This document shows, one piece after another, positions 53,609-64,000 of a stretch of 64,000 nt of DNA. The notes beneath the pieces are model-generated. The model saw nothing but the letters and a program-made list of their open reading frames with translations, did not search any database and had not been told where the DNA came from. Position numbers and translations under genes: made by a program. The DNA is taken from contig CAWEHK010000038.1 of assembly GCA_963808625.1 (NCBI GenBank), forward strand, positions 1-64,000, in the 5' to 3' direction. The DNA comes from an uncultured delta proteobacterium. GTDB taxonomy: Bacteria > Desulfobacterota > Syntrophobacteria > Syntrophobacterales > Syntrophobacteraceae. Numbering within the stretch: position 1 is the first letter of the stretch; each line of letters begins with the position of its first letter.

Positions 53609-56446
53609 TTACGCTCCTTTGCCGGGAGTGGCGGGCAACGGGGCCATGGTCGACAGGATGGCCGGGAGCACAATGATGGCGGGCAGCAGGACACACAAAC
53701 TTCCCGCCCATGCCACGAAGCCGAGGCTGAAGATGCCCCGGTGGTGAGAGACCATGAGGGCGCCAAAGCCGATGGTTGTGGTCAGAGCGGCCAGGATCAC
53801 GCCCTTGCCGGTACTGAAGGGGAGGTGACCGGGGAGCATTCTCCCTTCCCGCCAACGGTAAATGATGATCACTCCATATTCCACTCCCGCACCCACCACG
53901 AGGGGCATAAAGATGCTGTTTGCCAGATTGAACTGGATCCCCGCCCATTCCATTATTCCCAAAGTCCAGAGGGAGCCCAGTGACAGCGGTACGAGCGCCA
54001 GCAGAGTGGGTTTCAGACTGCGGAAGCTCAACATCAGCAGGATAAGAATGGCGAAAATGGCATAGATGGAAGCCTTGATACAGGCGTTCTTGAAAGCGTC
54101 GGCAAAAACGTAGATGGACACGGGGTTCCCGATCACTTCCGGGTCGACGCTCTGAATGTCGTGAACGAAGCGGCTCAGGGTGTGCTCGGCAAAGATGGAC
54201 TCTCGTGGAAAGATGCGAAGCAAATAGGTGCCGTTCTGAAAAAACCAGCCCCTGACCAGCTCTGGTAGGTCCTCGACCCTCATCATCTTGGTGTGGGCGC
54301 CTCTGCTGAGCAGGTCCCACTTGTCCTGCAAATCTTCGGCAAAGGCCTTGCGGTATGGGATCAGCGCTTCTGCGGCGTCGGGTGAGGCGGCAAGAGACGT
54401 ATTGATGTCCTGAGCAAGGGCCCTTACGCGAGCCATCTGCTCGGCAAGGGGTTTTTCCGCTCCCCAGCGGGTGGCCTGATCATCCTGCATCTTGAAGCGG
54501 ATTCTTTCGAGCACATCGATATATTCCCGGGCAACGTTCCGGTCGTTCTCCAGGAAAGGGGCCCTCATCGGGGGAATGATGGCGGCCAGGGAATGGAGTA
54601 TGGGTATCTTTTCCTCCTGCTTTTCCGGCAGGAGCGAGAAGACCGTCTCGACCTCGGCCACCGACGGCAGCCTTTCAAGGGCCTCGGCCTTTGCCGTTGT
54701 TTCGGCGGGCGATGACGCAAAAGCGGCGGCAAACAATGGGGATCGCTTGGCATTTTCAAGGAGCGCTTTTTCCCAGATGACCGATTCGGCATTGGCGGCC
54801 TGCAGGCGCAGGGGGTTGGGATCAAAAGACACTTGGCTGCCACCCCAGACACTGAGAAGACAAAGAATGCCTGCCCCCGCAAGGACTAACCGGGCGTGCC
54901 TGGGCGTCAGGGCCAGCAAGTTTCTCTCATAGTGCCGCACAGAGGAAAGGGAGCGGGTTTTTGACTTCCCCGGCATGAGGACGGTCAACGCCGGCAGCAC
55001 CGTGAAAGTAGCCAGCAAAATGAACAGGATCCCCATCCCCGTGACGAGCCCCAGTTCCACGAGGCCTCTAAAACCGGTGAGAATCAATGGCAGAAAGGAC
55101 AGCGCCGCACTCAGGCCGGCGATCAGGATGCCATAACCCGAGCGTTCGCTGACCCGCAGTATCGCCGCCCGCACATCCCGACCGCTGTAACGTTCTTCCT
55201 CCTCGAGACGGGCGAGCCAATGGATGCCGTAATCGACCCCCAGGCCGCAAAGGATGGGTGCAAAGACGACGGAGAGGATATTCAGGTGGCCGATAACCAG
55301 CGTGATCCAACCGAAGGTCCAACAGAGCCCGATGATGAGGGCAAAGGTTTCGAAGAAGGGGCGCCGAAAGCTGCGAAAAAAGACCACCATGAGCAGCGCG
55401 ACACCCACGAGAGAGATCCACGTAGCCACTGCCATATCCGCCGAGACGGTGCCCACCTCGTCATTTCTCAGGGCCTCCTGGCCGGTCACCCCGGCTTCCA
55501 CCCCCGGGAAATCGGCGGCGGTCTCATGCAGAAGCGTTCGCAGCTGATTCAGGGACCCCTGCGTGCCGATGAAACCGCCACCCTTCGACTGGGGCGCAAC
55601 GAAAGCAATCAGGTAGCGCTTGTTTGCTTCCCAGAAATAGCCGGCCAGGTTAGGGTCCCAGGAAGTATCCTTGAAGAAGGAAGACCACGGAGACTTGAAG
55701 CCCGGCGAACCACGGAGGTGGTCCCGGATCCCTTCGAGGGTTACGGTGAGGAAGTCCAGGTCGAAGGGCTCTTTCCTGCTGTCGGCTTCCCCGGAAGGTG
55801 GCGGCTCGTCTAAAAAGCCGGTGAAAAGCTCCCCAACCATCCGCGAGGCCATTTCCTGGTTGATGAGCTTGAGAAAGCTCAGCAGGTCGGGCTCGCCGGC
55901 GAGTCCTTGAAGGAGCCGGTGATGCTCATTCATTCTGTTGCGCAGGTTCACCAGTTCCTGCCTGTCCAGGTAAAGCAGCTGCCAGGATTTGAATGACTCC
56001 GGGTCGACCCGGTAGACGATGTCGCGGAAGTGGGTCTCATCTTTCCTGACCCGCGAGGCAAGGGTTTCGATGAAGGAAACCGCCTGGTCGGGGGTGGGGG
56101 CCTGAATGACGACGGAGAAGCTCTCTCCGCCCCCCGTGCGAAAGGGGTCCAAGCGGTTGCTGAGGGCAATCAGAGGATGCTTTGCCGAGATCATTTCAAG
56201 CTGGTCGGTCAGCATCTCAAGCCTGGTGGCGGTCACGACAACCGAGGCCACGGCAACCGCAATCGCAATTGCCAGGACCAGGCGCGGCCACGCTAAGACC
56301 CATGATATCCAGCGCTGTAAAAGCCGTGAGGTTAAATTCATCTCGAAACCATACCCCTTCTCTGCCCGGCTGTATTTTTTCTCGTCAGGGCTTTCGTTCA
56401 TCCGAAGCGGGATTTCCTGGCGAGAAAAGCCGAACTTATATATCAC
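53609..56446 (-). CDS. MMPL/RND-family transporter (HpnN-like hopanoid transporter; start uncertain)
   Basis: Two repeats with GLGVDYGIH and GAGVEYGV; LAALTTTIGFGAL..SHHRGIFSLG. Confidence 0.85.
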   Translation of the reverse strand: MIYKFGFSRQEIPLRMNESPDEKKYSRAEKGYGFEMNLTSRLLQRWISWVLAWPRLVLAIAIAVAVASVVVTATRLEMLTDQLEMISAKHPLIALSNRLDPFRTGGGESFSVVIQAPTPDQAVSFIETLASRVRKDETHFRDIVYRVDPESFKSWQLLYLDRQELVNLRNRMNEHHRLLQGLAGEPDLLSFLKLINQEMASRMVGELFTGFLDEPPPSGEADSRKEPFDLDFLTVTLEGIRDHLRGSPGFKSPWSSFFKDTSWDPNLAGYFWEANKRYLIAFVAPQSKGGGFIGTQGSLNQLRTLLHETAADFPGVEAGVTGQEALRNDEVGTVSADMAVATWISLVGVALLMVVFFRSFRRPFFETFALIIGLCWTFGWITLVIGHLNILSVVFAPILCGLGVDYGIHWLARLEEEERYSGRDVRAAILRVSERSGYGILIAGLSAALSFLPLILTGFRGLVELGLVTGMGILFILLATFTVLPALTVLMPGKSKTRSLSSVRHYERNLLALTPRHARLVLAGAGILCLLSVWGGSQVSFDPNPLRLQAANAESVIWEKALLENAKRSPLFAAAFASSPAETTAKAEALERLPSVAEVETVFSLLPEKQEEKIPILHSLAAIIPPMRAPFLENDRNVAREYIDVLERIRFKMQDDQATRWGAEKPLAEQMARVRALAQDINTSLAASPDAAEALIPYRKAFAEDLQDKWDLLSRGAHTKMMRVEDLPELVRGWFFQNGTYLLRIFPRESIFAEHTLSRFVHDIQSVDPEVIGNPVSIYVFADAFKNACIKASIYAIFAILILLMLSFRSLKPTLLALVPLSLGSLWTLGIMEWAGIQFNLANSIFMPLVVGAGVEYGVIIIYRWREGRMLPGHLPFSTGKGVILAALTTTIGFGALMVSHHRGIFSLGFVAWAGSLCVLLPAIIVLPAILSTMAPLPATPGKGA

Positions 56447-56466
56447 ACTGTCAATCTTAACACAGA

Positions 56467-56618
56467 TCTAAGTACAGGCTTGCACAATAGGGTGACCATA
56501 TACCTGCCGCGTCAACCGGTGAAAACCGGAATCCAGAGAGATTGGCTGGATACCGGCTTCCGCCGGCCGGTATGACGAACTGACTTCGGACACTTATTCA
56601 TGCAGCGTTGTACTTAGA
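56467..56618. repeat. Nested palindromic element
   Basis: Outer IR tctaagtaca/tgtacttaga around ccggaatccag...ctggataccgg. Confidence 0.7.
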
Positions 56619-56860
56619 AACTGTCCAAAAAAAACTTGCACCCATCTCAACCCCTCTTTGAACCACGAAGAACACGAAGTTATTTCTTCGTGTTTTTCGT
56701 GTTCTTCGTGATAAAATAAGGCCTTATATTTTTGGACGCCCCCCAACGTTGAAGGCTTTGCCTGGTTATGCCCAAACTGAAGGCCTCACTGCAGAGAGAA
56801 CTATTGGTTAAAGGGCAGGGCGATAAAATCCACAGTTGAAAAAGACGAAAGGAGAAGACC

Positions 56861-57352
56861 ATGAGTACATTAGTCGTAATCAGTTACAATGACCTCCACA
56901 AGGCCGAAGAGGTCCGGCTCATGCTGTTGAAGATGCAGAAGGATTATCTCATCGATCTCGAAGATGCGGTGGTTGCAGTCAAGGATGACAAGGGCAAGAT
57001 CAAGCTTCATCAGATGGTCAACATGACGGCCGCCGGCGCCGCGTCCGGGGGCTTCTGGGGAACCCTGATCGGCCTGATTTTTTTGAATCCCCTCCTTGGC
57101 CTGGCGGTGGGCGCCACGGCCGGGGCGGTATCCGGCGCCCTGACCGATGTCGGCATCGATGACAAGTTCATGAAGGACCTGGCAGGAAGTCTCAATCCCG
57201 GCAGTTCCGTGCTGTTCGTCCTGGTCCGAAAAGCAACGCCCGATAAGGTGCTCGAGGAGCTCAAAGGAACCGGGGGGACTCTGCTCAGGACCTCACTTTC
57301 CCATGACGATGAAACGAAGCTTCAGGCGGCCCTGAACGCAGCCAAGCAATAG
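56861..57352 (+). CDS. DUF1269-family membrane protein
   Basis: IDLEDAVVAVKDDKGKIKL, GGFWGTLIGLIFLNP, DVGIDDKFMKDL. Confidence 0.88.
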   Translation: MSTLVVISYNDLHKAEEVRLMLLKMQKDYLIDLEDAVVAVKDDKGKIKLHQMVNMTAAGAASGGFWGTLIGLIFLNPLLGLAVGATAGAVSGALTDVGIDDKFMKDLAGSLNPGSSVLFVLVRKATPDKVLEELKGTGGTLLRTSLSHDDETKLQAALNAAKQ

Positions 57353-57455
57353 CCGAAGCGCCCGGCAGTCAATTCATGCATGCTGCAGGTGTTCATCATT
57401 ATCTGAGGGTCGGCGGCACGTGATACCCAGCGCTGGTCCTTTGGGGAGGAATGAA

Positions 57456-59940
57456 ATGAAGATAGAGGCAACTCGATTGACATTAATGGCATTAGTCGTT
57501 GCGGTTGTGCTGACAGCCCTGCCGGCCATGGCTCAGCAGCTCCAGGGCGCACCCGGCGCGCCCTCGACGCGCGAGTTCCCCGACTCGCGCGTCCTGCCGA
57601 TCCCGACCGCGCCCTTTCACCGGCACCATCATGCCGAACCTGATCGACAGCAAACCGGGATGGCCGTCGACCATCGCGCCGCCGGAAGGCGCGCCGAATG
57701 TGCTGCTGATCCTGATCGATGATGCGGGCTTCGGTTCGAACTCGGCCTTCGGCGGCGTCGTTCCCACGCCGACCCTCGACAAGCTGGCCCAGCGCGGTTT
57801 GCGCTACACCCAGATGCACAACACCGCGCTGTGTTCGCCGACCCGGGCGGCGCTGCTGACCGGCCGCAACCATCACGCCGTCGGCTTCGGCGACGTTGCC
57901 GAAGGTGCCATCGGCTACCCCGGCTACAACACCGTCACGGGGCCTGAGAGCGCGCATGTGGCGATGACGCTGAAGCAGAACGGCTACTCCACCGCCTGGT
58001 TCGGCAAGAACCACAACGTGCCGATCTGGGAGGCCACCCCGGCCGGGCCGTTCACCAACTGGCCGATCGGGCAGGGCTACGACTACTTCTACGGCTTTGT
58101 CGGCGGCGACACCAGCCAGTGGCAGCCGGGCAACCTGTTCCGCAACACCACCCCGATCCATCCCTACAACGGCAAGCCGGGCTGGAACCTGATCACCGCC
58201 ATGGCCGACGACGCCATCGAGTACATCAACACCCAGACCGCGACCAACCCGAAGCGGCCGTGGTTCATCCACTACGCGCCGGGCGCCACGCACGCGCCGC
58301 ACCATCCCACCAAGGAGTGGGTGGACAAGATCAGCGCGATGAAGCTGTTCGACGACGGCTGGGAAAAGGTGCGCGAGCGCATCTTCGAGAACCAGAAGAA
58401 GCTCGGCGTCATTCCTGCCAACGCGAAACTGCCCGCCTGGCCGGACATCCTGCCCAAGTGGGACTCGCTGACCGCCGACCAGAAGAAGCTCTATCTCCGC
58501 CAGATCGATGTCTGGGCCGCCTACATGGCCTACACCGACCACGAGATCGGCCGCATCATCGAGACGATCGAGAAGCTCGGCCAGTTCGACAACACCCTGA
58601 TCATCTTCGTCTGCGGCGACAACGGCATGAGCGCCGAGGGCTCGATGAACGGCACGCCGAACGAGGTCGCCTACTTCAACGGCTTCGCCTTCACCGTGGA
58701 GCAGATGCTGCCGCTGATCCCGGTCTGGGGCACCGACCTCACCTACAACCACTTCGCCGTGCCGTGGGCCTTTGCCATGGACACGCCCTACCGCTGGATC
58801 AAGCAGGTCGCCTCGCACCTGGGCGGCACGCGCACCGGCATGGTGGTGACCTGGCCGCAAGCGCATCAAGGACGCGGGCGGCATCCGCAACCAGTTCCAT
58901 CACGTCATCGACGTCGCGCCGACGATCCTGGAGGCCATCGGGATTCCGCAGCCGACCATGGTGAACGGCATCGCGCAGCGTCCCTACGACGGCGTCAGCA
59001 TGGTCTACACCTGGGACAAGGCCAACGCCAACGCCCCCTCGACGCGCAAGACCCAGTACTTCGAGATCTTCGGCAACCGCGCCATCTATCACGACGGCTG
59101 GATGGCCAACACGACGCCGGCGGTGACCCCGTGGGAAGGCGTCAAAGGCAAACCGCCGGTGGACGTGATGAACGGCTTCAAGTGGGAGCTCTACAACCTG
59201 AACGAAGACCCGACGCAGACCAACGACCTGGCGGCCAAGGAACCCGAGCGGCTGCGCATGATGCAGGAGCTCTGGATGATCGAGGCCACGCGCAACCAGG
59301 TCTTCCCGCTGAACGACTCGCAGCTTCCCATCCTCACCGCCGAGCGCCCGGGCCCGGCGGCGGGACGGACGCAGTTCGTCTACACCGCGCCCATGACCTC
59401 CACGCAGTTCGCCGTGGCGCCTTCGATCCTCAACCGCTCCTACCGCATCACCGCGGAGATCGAGGTGCCGCAGGGCGGGGCGAACGGCGTGCTGGTGACC
59501 CAGGGCGGCCGCTTCTCGGGCTACGGCCTGTATCTCAAGGACGGCAAGCCCACCTTCACCATGAACCTGCTCGACCTCGAGCGGCCGAAGTGGCAGGGCT
59601 CCGAGGCGCTGCCGCCCGGCAAGCACACCATCGTCTTCGACTGGAAGATGGAAGCCAAAGGGCCAGCCCCTCGCGCGCGGCGGCACCGGCACGCTCTCGG
59701 TGGACGGCAAGCAGGTGGCGCAGAAGTCGCTGCCCCAGAACCCAGCCGCTGATCTGGGCCTGGGACGAGACCTTCGACGTCGGCCTGGACACCGGCACGC
59801 CGGTGGACGACAAGGACTACCAGGTGCCGTTTGCCTTCACCGGCAAGCTGGGCAAGATCACCTTCGACCTCGGGGAGTCGAGCGTGTCGCCGGAGGCCAT
59901 CAAGCTGATGATGGAAGAACTGGCGAAGAAGCGGGATTGA
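57456..59940 (+). CDS. Arylsulfatase (Cys-type; frameshifted)
   Basis: PNVLLILIDD, LCSPTRAALLTGRN, GYSTAWFGKNH, DNG, WELYNL; signal peptide. Confidence 0.93.
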
Positions 59941-60211
59941 TGAACTGGCTTGAGCGAGCTCCCGGCACGGCGTCTCGCCGTGCCGGAGAGGCCCCGTGCA
60001 TCTGGCGGCCTGGGGAAGTCGAGCCACTGGCGTGAAGGGTGCGCTGGCCATCGAAGGGCCAGGCGAGGCGTCTCAGCTCAAAAAGAGGAATCGAGGGAGA
60101 ATTGCTTTGAGCGGAGGGAGTGGCGAGAACCGACCCTCTGATCAAACTGATGGCAGGGACGCGCTGGTCGAAGGTAGCTGGTTTGCCCCTTTTATGGGTA
60201 TGGAGATCACC

Positions 60212-62679
60212 ATGACGGAACTTCGAAAACGGTGGCGGTTGAAAGTGGTGGGGCTGCTCGGAGCCTTCATCGCGCTCATCTTGCTGCTCTCGGCCGCTCC
60301 CGGTGAGACCTCGGAGCGGTCGCCGCCGGCCCCGGAGAAGGGTGCTGATTCGCTATCCCCCGGGTCATCCCGGTGTCGAACATTGCTACGCACGCCACCC
60401 AGGTGTCGGATCTCCTGAGCACCCTGGAAACGAAGCTGGCCCCTGGCCCCGAAATCGAAGCGATACGCAGCCAACTCCCCGGACTCAGTGACCGCATCAA
60501 CCTGCTGTTTCAGGGAACCATGGAAACCCTCCAGGAGCAGCCTGCCCTCGCTGCACTTCAGACACAACGGCAGATCTGGGAAGCCATGACGCTTCATGCC
60601 CGCGACTGGCTGAAAGTCTTGACGAAAAGGTCCGTCGAACTCGGGGAAGCCCTGAGCCGGCTGACAGATCTGCATGGAACATGGACCAAGACCGATGATG
60701 CCGCGAACACCGCGAAAGCGCCGGATGCATTACTTGCCGAAACCGGTTCTGTGCTGGCGGCCATCCAGGAAGCGCAGCAGCGGTTCCAGGCGCAGCGTAG
60801 CGACGTCCTCAACCTGCAAACCCGCGTTGCCGAAGTCGTGAGCCGATGCCAAGATCTGTTGTCGCAGATTGATCGGGCTCAGAAGGCAGCGGTGGGTGGG
60901 ATCCTGGTACATGACGGCCGGCCGATCTGGAGCCCCCACCTATGGGCAGAGGCGCGGACCGCACTGTATCCCAGGTTCCACGCAATCCTCGGTACTTGCC
61001 GGGAGGACATTCAAGAGTACCTTTCCAATCCGTCTGCGGGAATGCCGCTGCATATTGCAATTTTCATCGCTCTGGTATTCCTTCTATGGGTGTCCCGGAG
61101 TCGCGTGGAACGGTGGGAAAAGGCAGGAGATTTCGTTACTCCAGCCGCTGGGGTGTTCGACCACCCAGTTAGTGCGGCGTTGGTCGTTACGGCTTTTGTC
61201 GCGACCGGACCGATTTCGCCAACACCGCAGACGATCAAGTCCCTGTTCCATATCGCGGCCCTGATCCCGATGATCGTCCTGGCGCAGCCGGTGATCGATC
61301 GGCGCACACATCCCGGCCTTTATGCCCTGGCGATCCTTTTCACCGTCGATGTCGGGAGGAGAACCTTTGAAGGGTTGCCGTTGATCGGGCAGGCGTTGTT
61401 GCTGTTGGAAACGGCTGCCGGAATCCTTACGATGGGTTGGTTCCTGACCCGTGGTCACCTGCGGCGCACGCAGGGGGCGGGGAATGGGTTGTCTCAATTT
61501 CAGGTGCTCCGGTTGGCGTCGTTGCTCGTGCTGCTCAGCCTCGCTGCCGGATTTGGTGCTGCTCTTTTCGGTTACTCGCGCCTGGCGAGCCTCATGGCTT
61601 CGCAAATTCTCGGCGGGTGCGCCCTGGCGCTGGCCTTTTGTGCCTATTTCCAGGTGGCCGCAGGGCTGATCGACGATCGGTCTTCGCGTTTGGCCGCTGC
61701 GACTTCTCCGCATGGTTCAGCACCACGTCGGTCTGATAGAGCATCGGATACGCCGCATCCTGATCTGGTGTTCGGTTGCCAGCTGGGGGCTGCGGTGGCT
61801 GAGCTATATGGGTCTCCTCCAGCCGGTGTTCTCCTTCAGCGGAGCCGTTTTGGCAGTGAATCTGGAGCGCGGCTCGGTTAATATCTCCCTTGGCGACGTC
61901 CTGGTGTTTCTTGTCACCGTGTGGGTGGCCTATGTGCTTTCGGCTTTTATCCGTTTCCTCCTCCAGGAGGACGTGTATCCCCGGATGCAAATTACCCCCG
62001 GCCTCTCTTACGCCGTCTCGAACCTGCTCCACTACGTGATTCTGGCTCTCGGAGTGATTGTGGCAATGGGGCTGATGGGGATCGATCTCTCCCGGGTGAT
62101 CGTCCTGGCCGGCGCCTTCGGTGTCGGCATCGGCTTCGGCCTCCAGAGCGTCGTAAACAACTTCGTTTCCGGCCTCATCCTGCTCTTTGAGCGGCCGATC
62201 CACGTGGGGGACATGGTCGAGATGGGCGACCTCCTTGGCGAGGTGCGTCGCATCGGCATCCGGGCCAGCACCGTGCGCACCCGGCGAGGGAGCCGATATC
62301 ATCGTGCCCAATGCGCAGCTCGTTACCGATAAGGTGACCAACTGGACCCTCAGCGACAAACTGCGGCGCATCGAGTTGCCGGTGGGCGTGAATTACGGCG
62401 TCTCTCCCAAAAAGGTGCTTGAAATTCTGGAAGCGGTGGCCCGTTCGGCCCCGCGGGTGCTGCAGCAATCCGCCGCCCCGGGCACTCCTCATGAGTTACG
62501 GCGACAGTTCCATCAACTTCGAACTGCGCGCCTGGACGGACGACCCCATAAACTGGCGTCAGGTCCGCAGCAACCTTGCCGTTGCCGTGCACGATGCGAT
62601 CATCGCGGCGGGCATGTCGTTTCCTTCCCCGCAACGTGAGGTGCGGGTGCTGGGCGATCCGGCACGGCCGCCGGAATAG
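60212..62679 (+). CDS. Large MscS-family mechanosensitive channel (frameshifted)
   Basis: Periplasmic coiled region and TMs; GAFGVGIGFGLQSVVNNFVSGLILLFERPIHVGD; IIVPN; YGDSSINFELR. Confidence 0.9.
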
Positions 62680-62729
62680 TAGGGACCGACCGAAGCTCGT
62701 GCGCCGGGTCCGGATCCAATCCCTGGGAA

Positions 62730-63105
62730 CTGTCCAAAAGGGTAGGCTGTGCCCACGCATGGAGCAGCATGTGGGCAGAGCCCACCCTTGGTACAAAATG
62801 GCAAACTTGTTTTTGGACGGTCACTTAGAGACTATCTCAAAACTGGCTTACCCCGTCACCCCGGCGGAAGCCGGGGTCCGGGAATTCCCAAGAAAAACTG
62901 GATTCCGGCTTTCGCCGGAATGACGATCAACGGCGCTTTGATCATTTTGAGATAGTATCCTTAGTACTACAACGTTACTTTGGTGACGGTCCAAGCGATG
63001 TGGGGCAGGCTTTCCAGCCTGCCAGGCCAAATTGGCCAAAAGGCAGGCTGGAAAGCCTGCCCCACAAATTGAGGCCCCAGGTGGAAACCTCGTTGTAGTA
63101 TTAGG
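62730..63105. repeat. Three adjacent nested repeat units, including a REPIN at 63000-63066
   Basis: ctgtccaaaa..ttttggacgg around a GTGGGCA pair; actatctcaaaa..ttttgagatagt around gtcaccccggcggaagccgg..ccggctttcgccggaatgac; tactacaacg..cgttgtagta around the RAYT-family REP doublet. Confidence 0.8.
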
Positions 63106-63149
63106 GAAGACAACCCTTCTGTTCGCGAATATTATGGACCGATAGCGGG

Positions 63150-63489
63150 CAGGTGTCAAGAACCCCCGGTCGCCCCGGTAGATGGTAACCAGGGAACCGC
63201 CTTGGAACTTCAGCCGGTAAATAAAATCGGTTGGTCCCCGGTTGTAGATCCGGGTCTCGAGATCGGGGAAGACGCCGGGAGGTGGCGGATACGAGAGGTT
63301 CGCCCCGATGCTTTCCTTGGCGGAAGGCGGGCCGCACTCGTCGAGCACACGGTAGTTGCTCTCGCCCACCTGAATGAGGTAACTCCCGCAGCGGAATGTG
63401 CTCTCCTCTTCATCGGCCCAGGCACCGCCGGGAAGGCACGCAAGGAAAGGGAGCGCGATCAGAACCGCCAACAACCTGATGGCCAGCAT
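63150..63489 (-). CDS. DUF2845-like secreted protein (3' end uncertain)
   Basis: Signal peptide, TFRCGSYLIQVGES..VLDECGPP, YNRGPTDFIYRLKFQGG; GGAGG RBS. Confidence 0.7.
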
Positions 63490-63892
63490 GGACACCTCCT
63501 CCTGGTTCTCTCGTTCAAATGGCAGGCAGGAAAAGCTATAACCGCTAAGGTTCAACTGTTTACTTTTCCACCGCAGAGAGCACAGAGTTCGCAGAGAGAA
63601 TCATTGGCTTTCTCCGCGGTCTCGGCGGTTGATTGCCTGGCTTGGCGAAGTGAGTGATGGCTCACATCCGAAACGAGTATAAAGAGCAACCGTGGAAATT
63701 TGAAGAGAAATAATGAGTCTCCAATACCATTGTCAAGGAAAAGCAAAGCTTGGCCACGAACCGTTACCATCGCCGGAGCGGTGCGCTCACCATCCGGTAC
63801 AAAACATTTTCAATTACCAACAACCTGGGATAAATAGGAACTGGAATACCAGGTGGGTGTGCTGTTCTTAAGTTTTGGATGAAGGGTTAGAT

Positions 63893-64000
63893 ATGGCCTC
63901 ATCAACCTTGGTCGCCTGCCCCGAATGCGACCTCCTGCAGCGCGTGCCGGTGCTGGCACCGGGTGTGGCGGCGAACTGTCCGCGTTGTGGCAACCTGTTG
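63893..64000 (+). CDS. pqiA: Paraquat-inducible protein A, N-terminus (runs off window)
   Basis: MASSTLVACPECDLLQRVPVLAPGVAANCPRCGNLL with twin CxxC motifs. Confidence 0.75.
   Translation, partial: MASSTLVACPECDLLQRVPVLAPGVAANCPRCGNLL

Noticed and set aside
62848..63150. C-terminal extension of the DUF2845-like ORF
   Set aside because: Read-through into REP repeats, probably caused by an indel near the true stop.

Overview
GC-rich bacterial chromosomal window, probably Desulfobacterota/deltaproteobacterial (inferred from gene content). Many single-base indels split even housekeeping genes (kdp, mutS, uvrA), most likely long-read consensus errors, so gene boundaries are approximate. The main find is a complete diversity-generating retroelement (DGR) at about 13.6-23.3 kb. 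It has an HRDC accessory gene, a DGR-type reverse transcriptase (LPIGSLTSQ, YMDD) and a 131-bp template repeat (TR, 18668-18798) abutting the RT stop codon. Two variable repeats (VR1 16603-16734, VR2 23018-23148) lie at the C-termini of two paralogous NLR-like genes (DUF4062 - NACHT/STAND NTPase - FGE-type C-type-lectin domain). The TR itself appears to have lost adenines at six AAC-type codons, suggesting it has been mutagenized or is not the master template. Other content: truncated AbiE toxin-antitoxin next to hsdR; a kdpFABC operon with a sigma-54-like promoter and split sensor; a RAYT transposase with its REPs; RNase II/R, amidase and mutS; a double-length uvrA with in-frame repeat insertions plus a decayed 1.7-kb duplicate of its 3' end flanking a cargo block; HicAB x2 and HigBA; a symporter, an MMPL transporter, an arylsulfatase, MscS and the start of pqiA; and several families of nested palindromic repeats.
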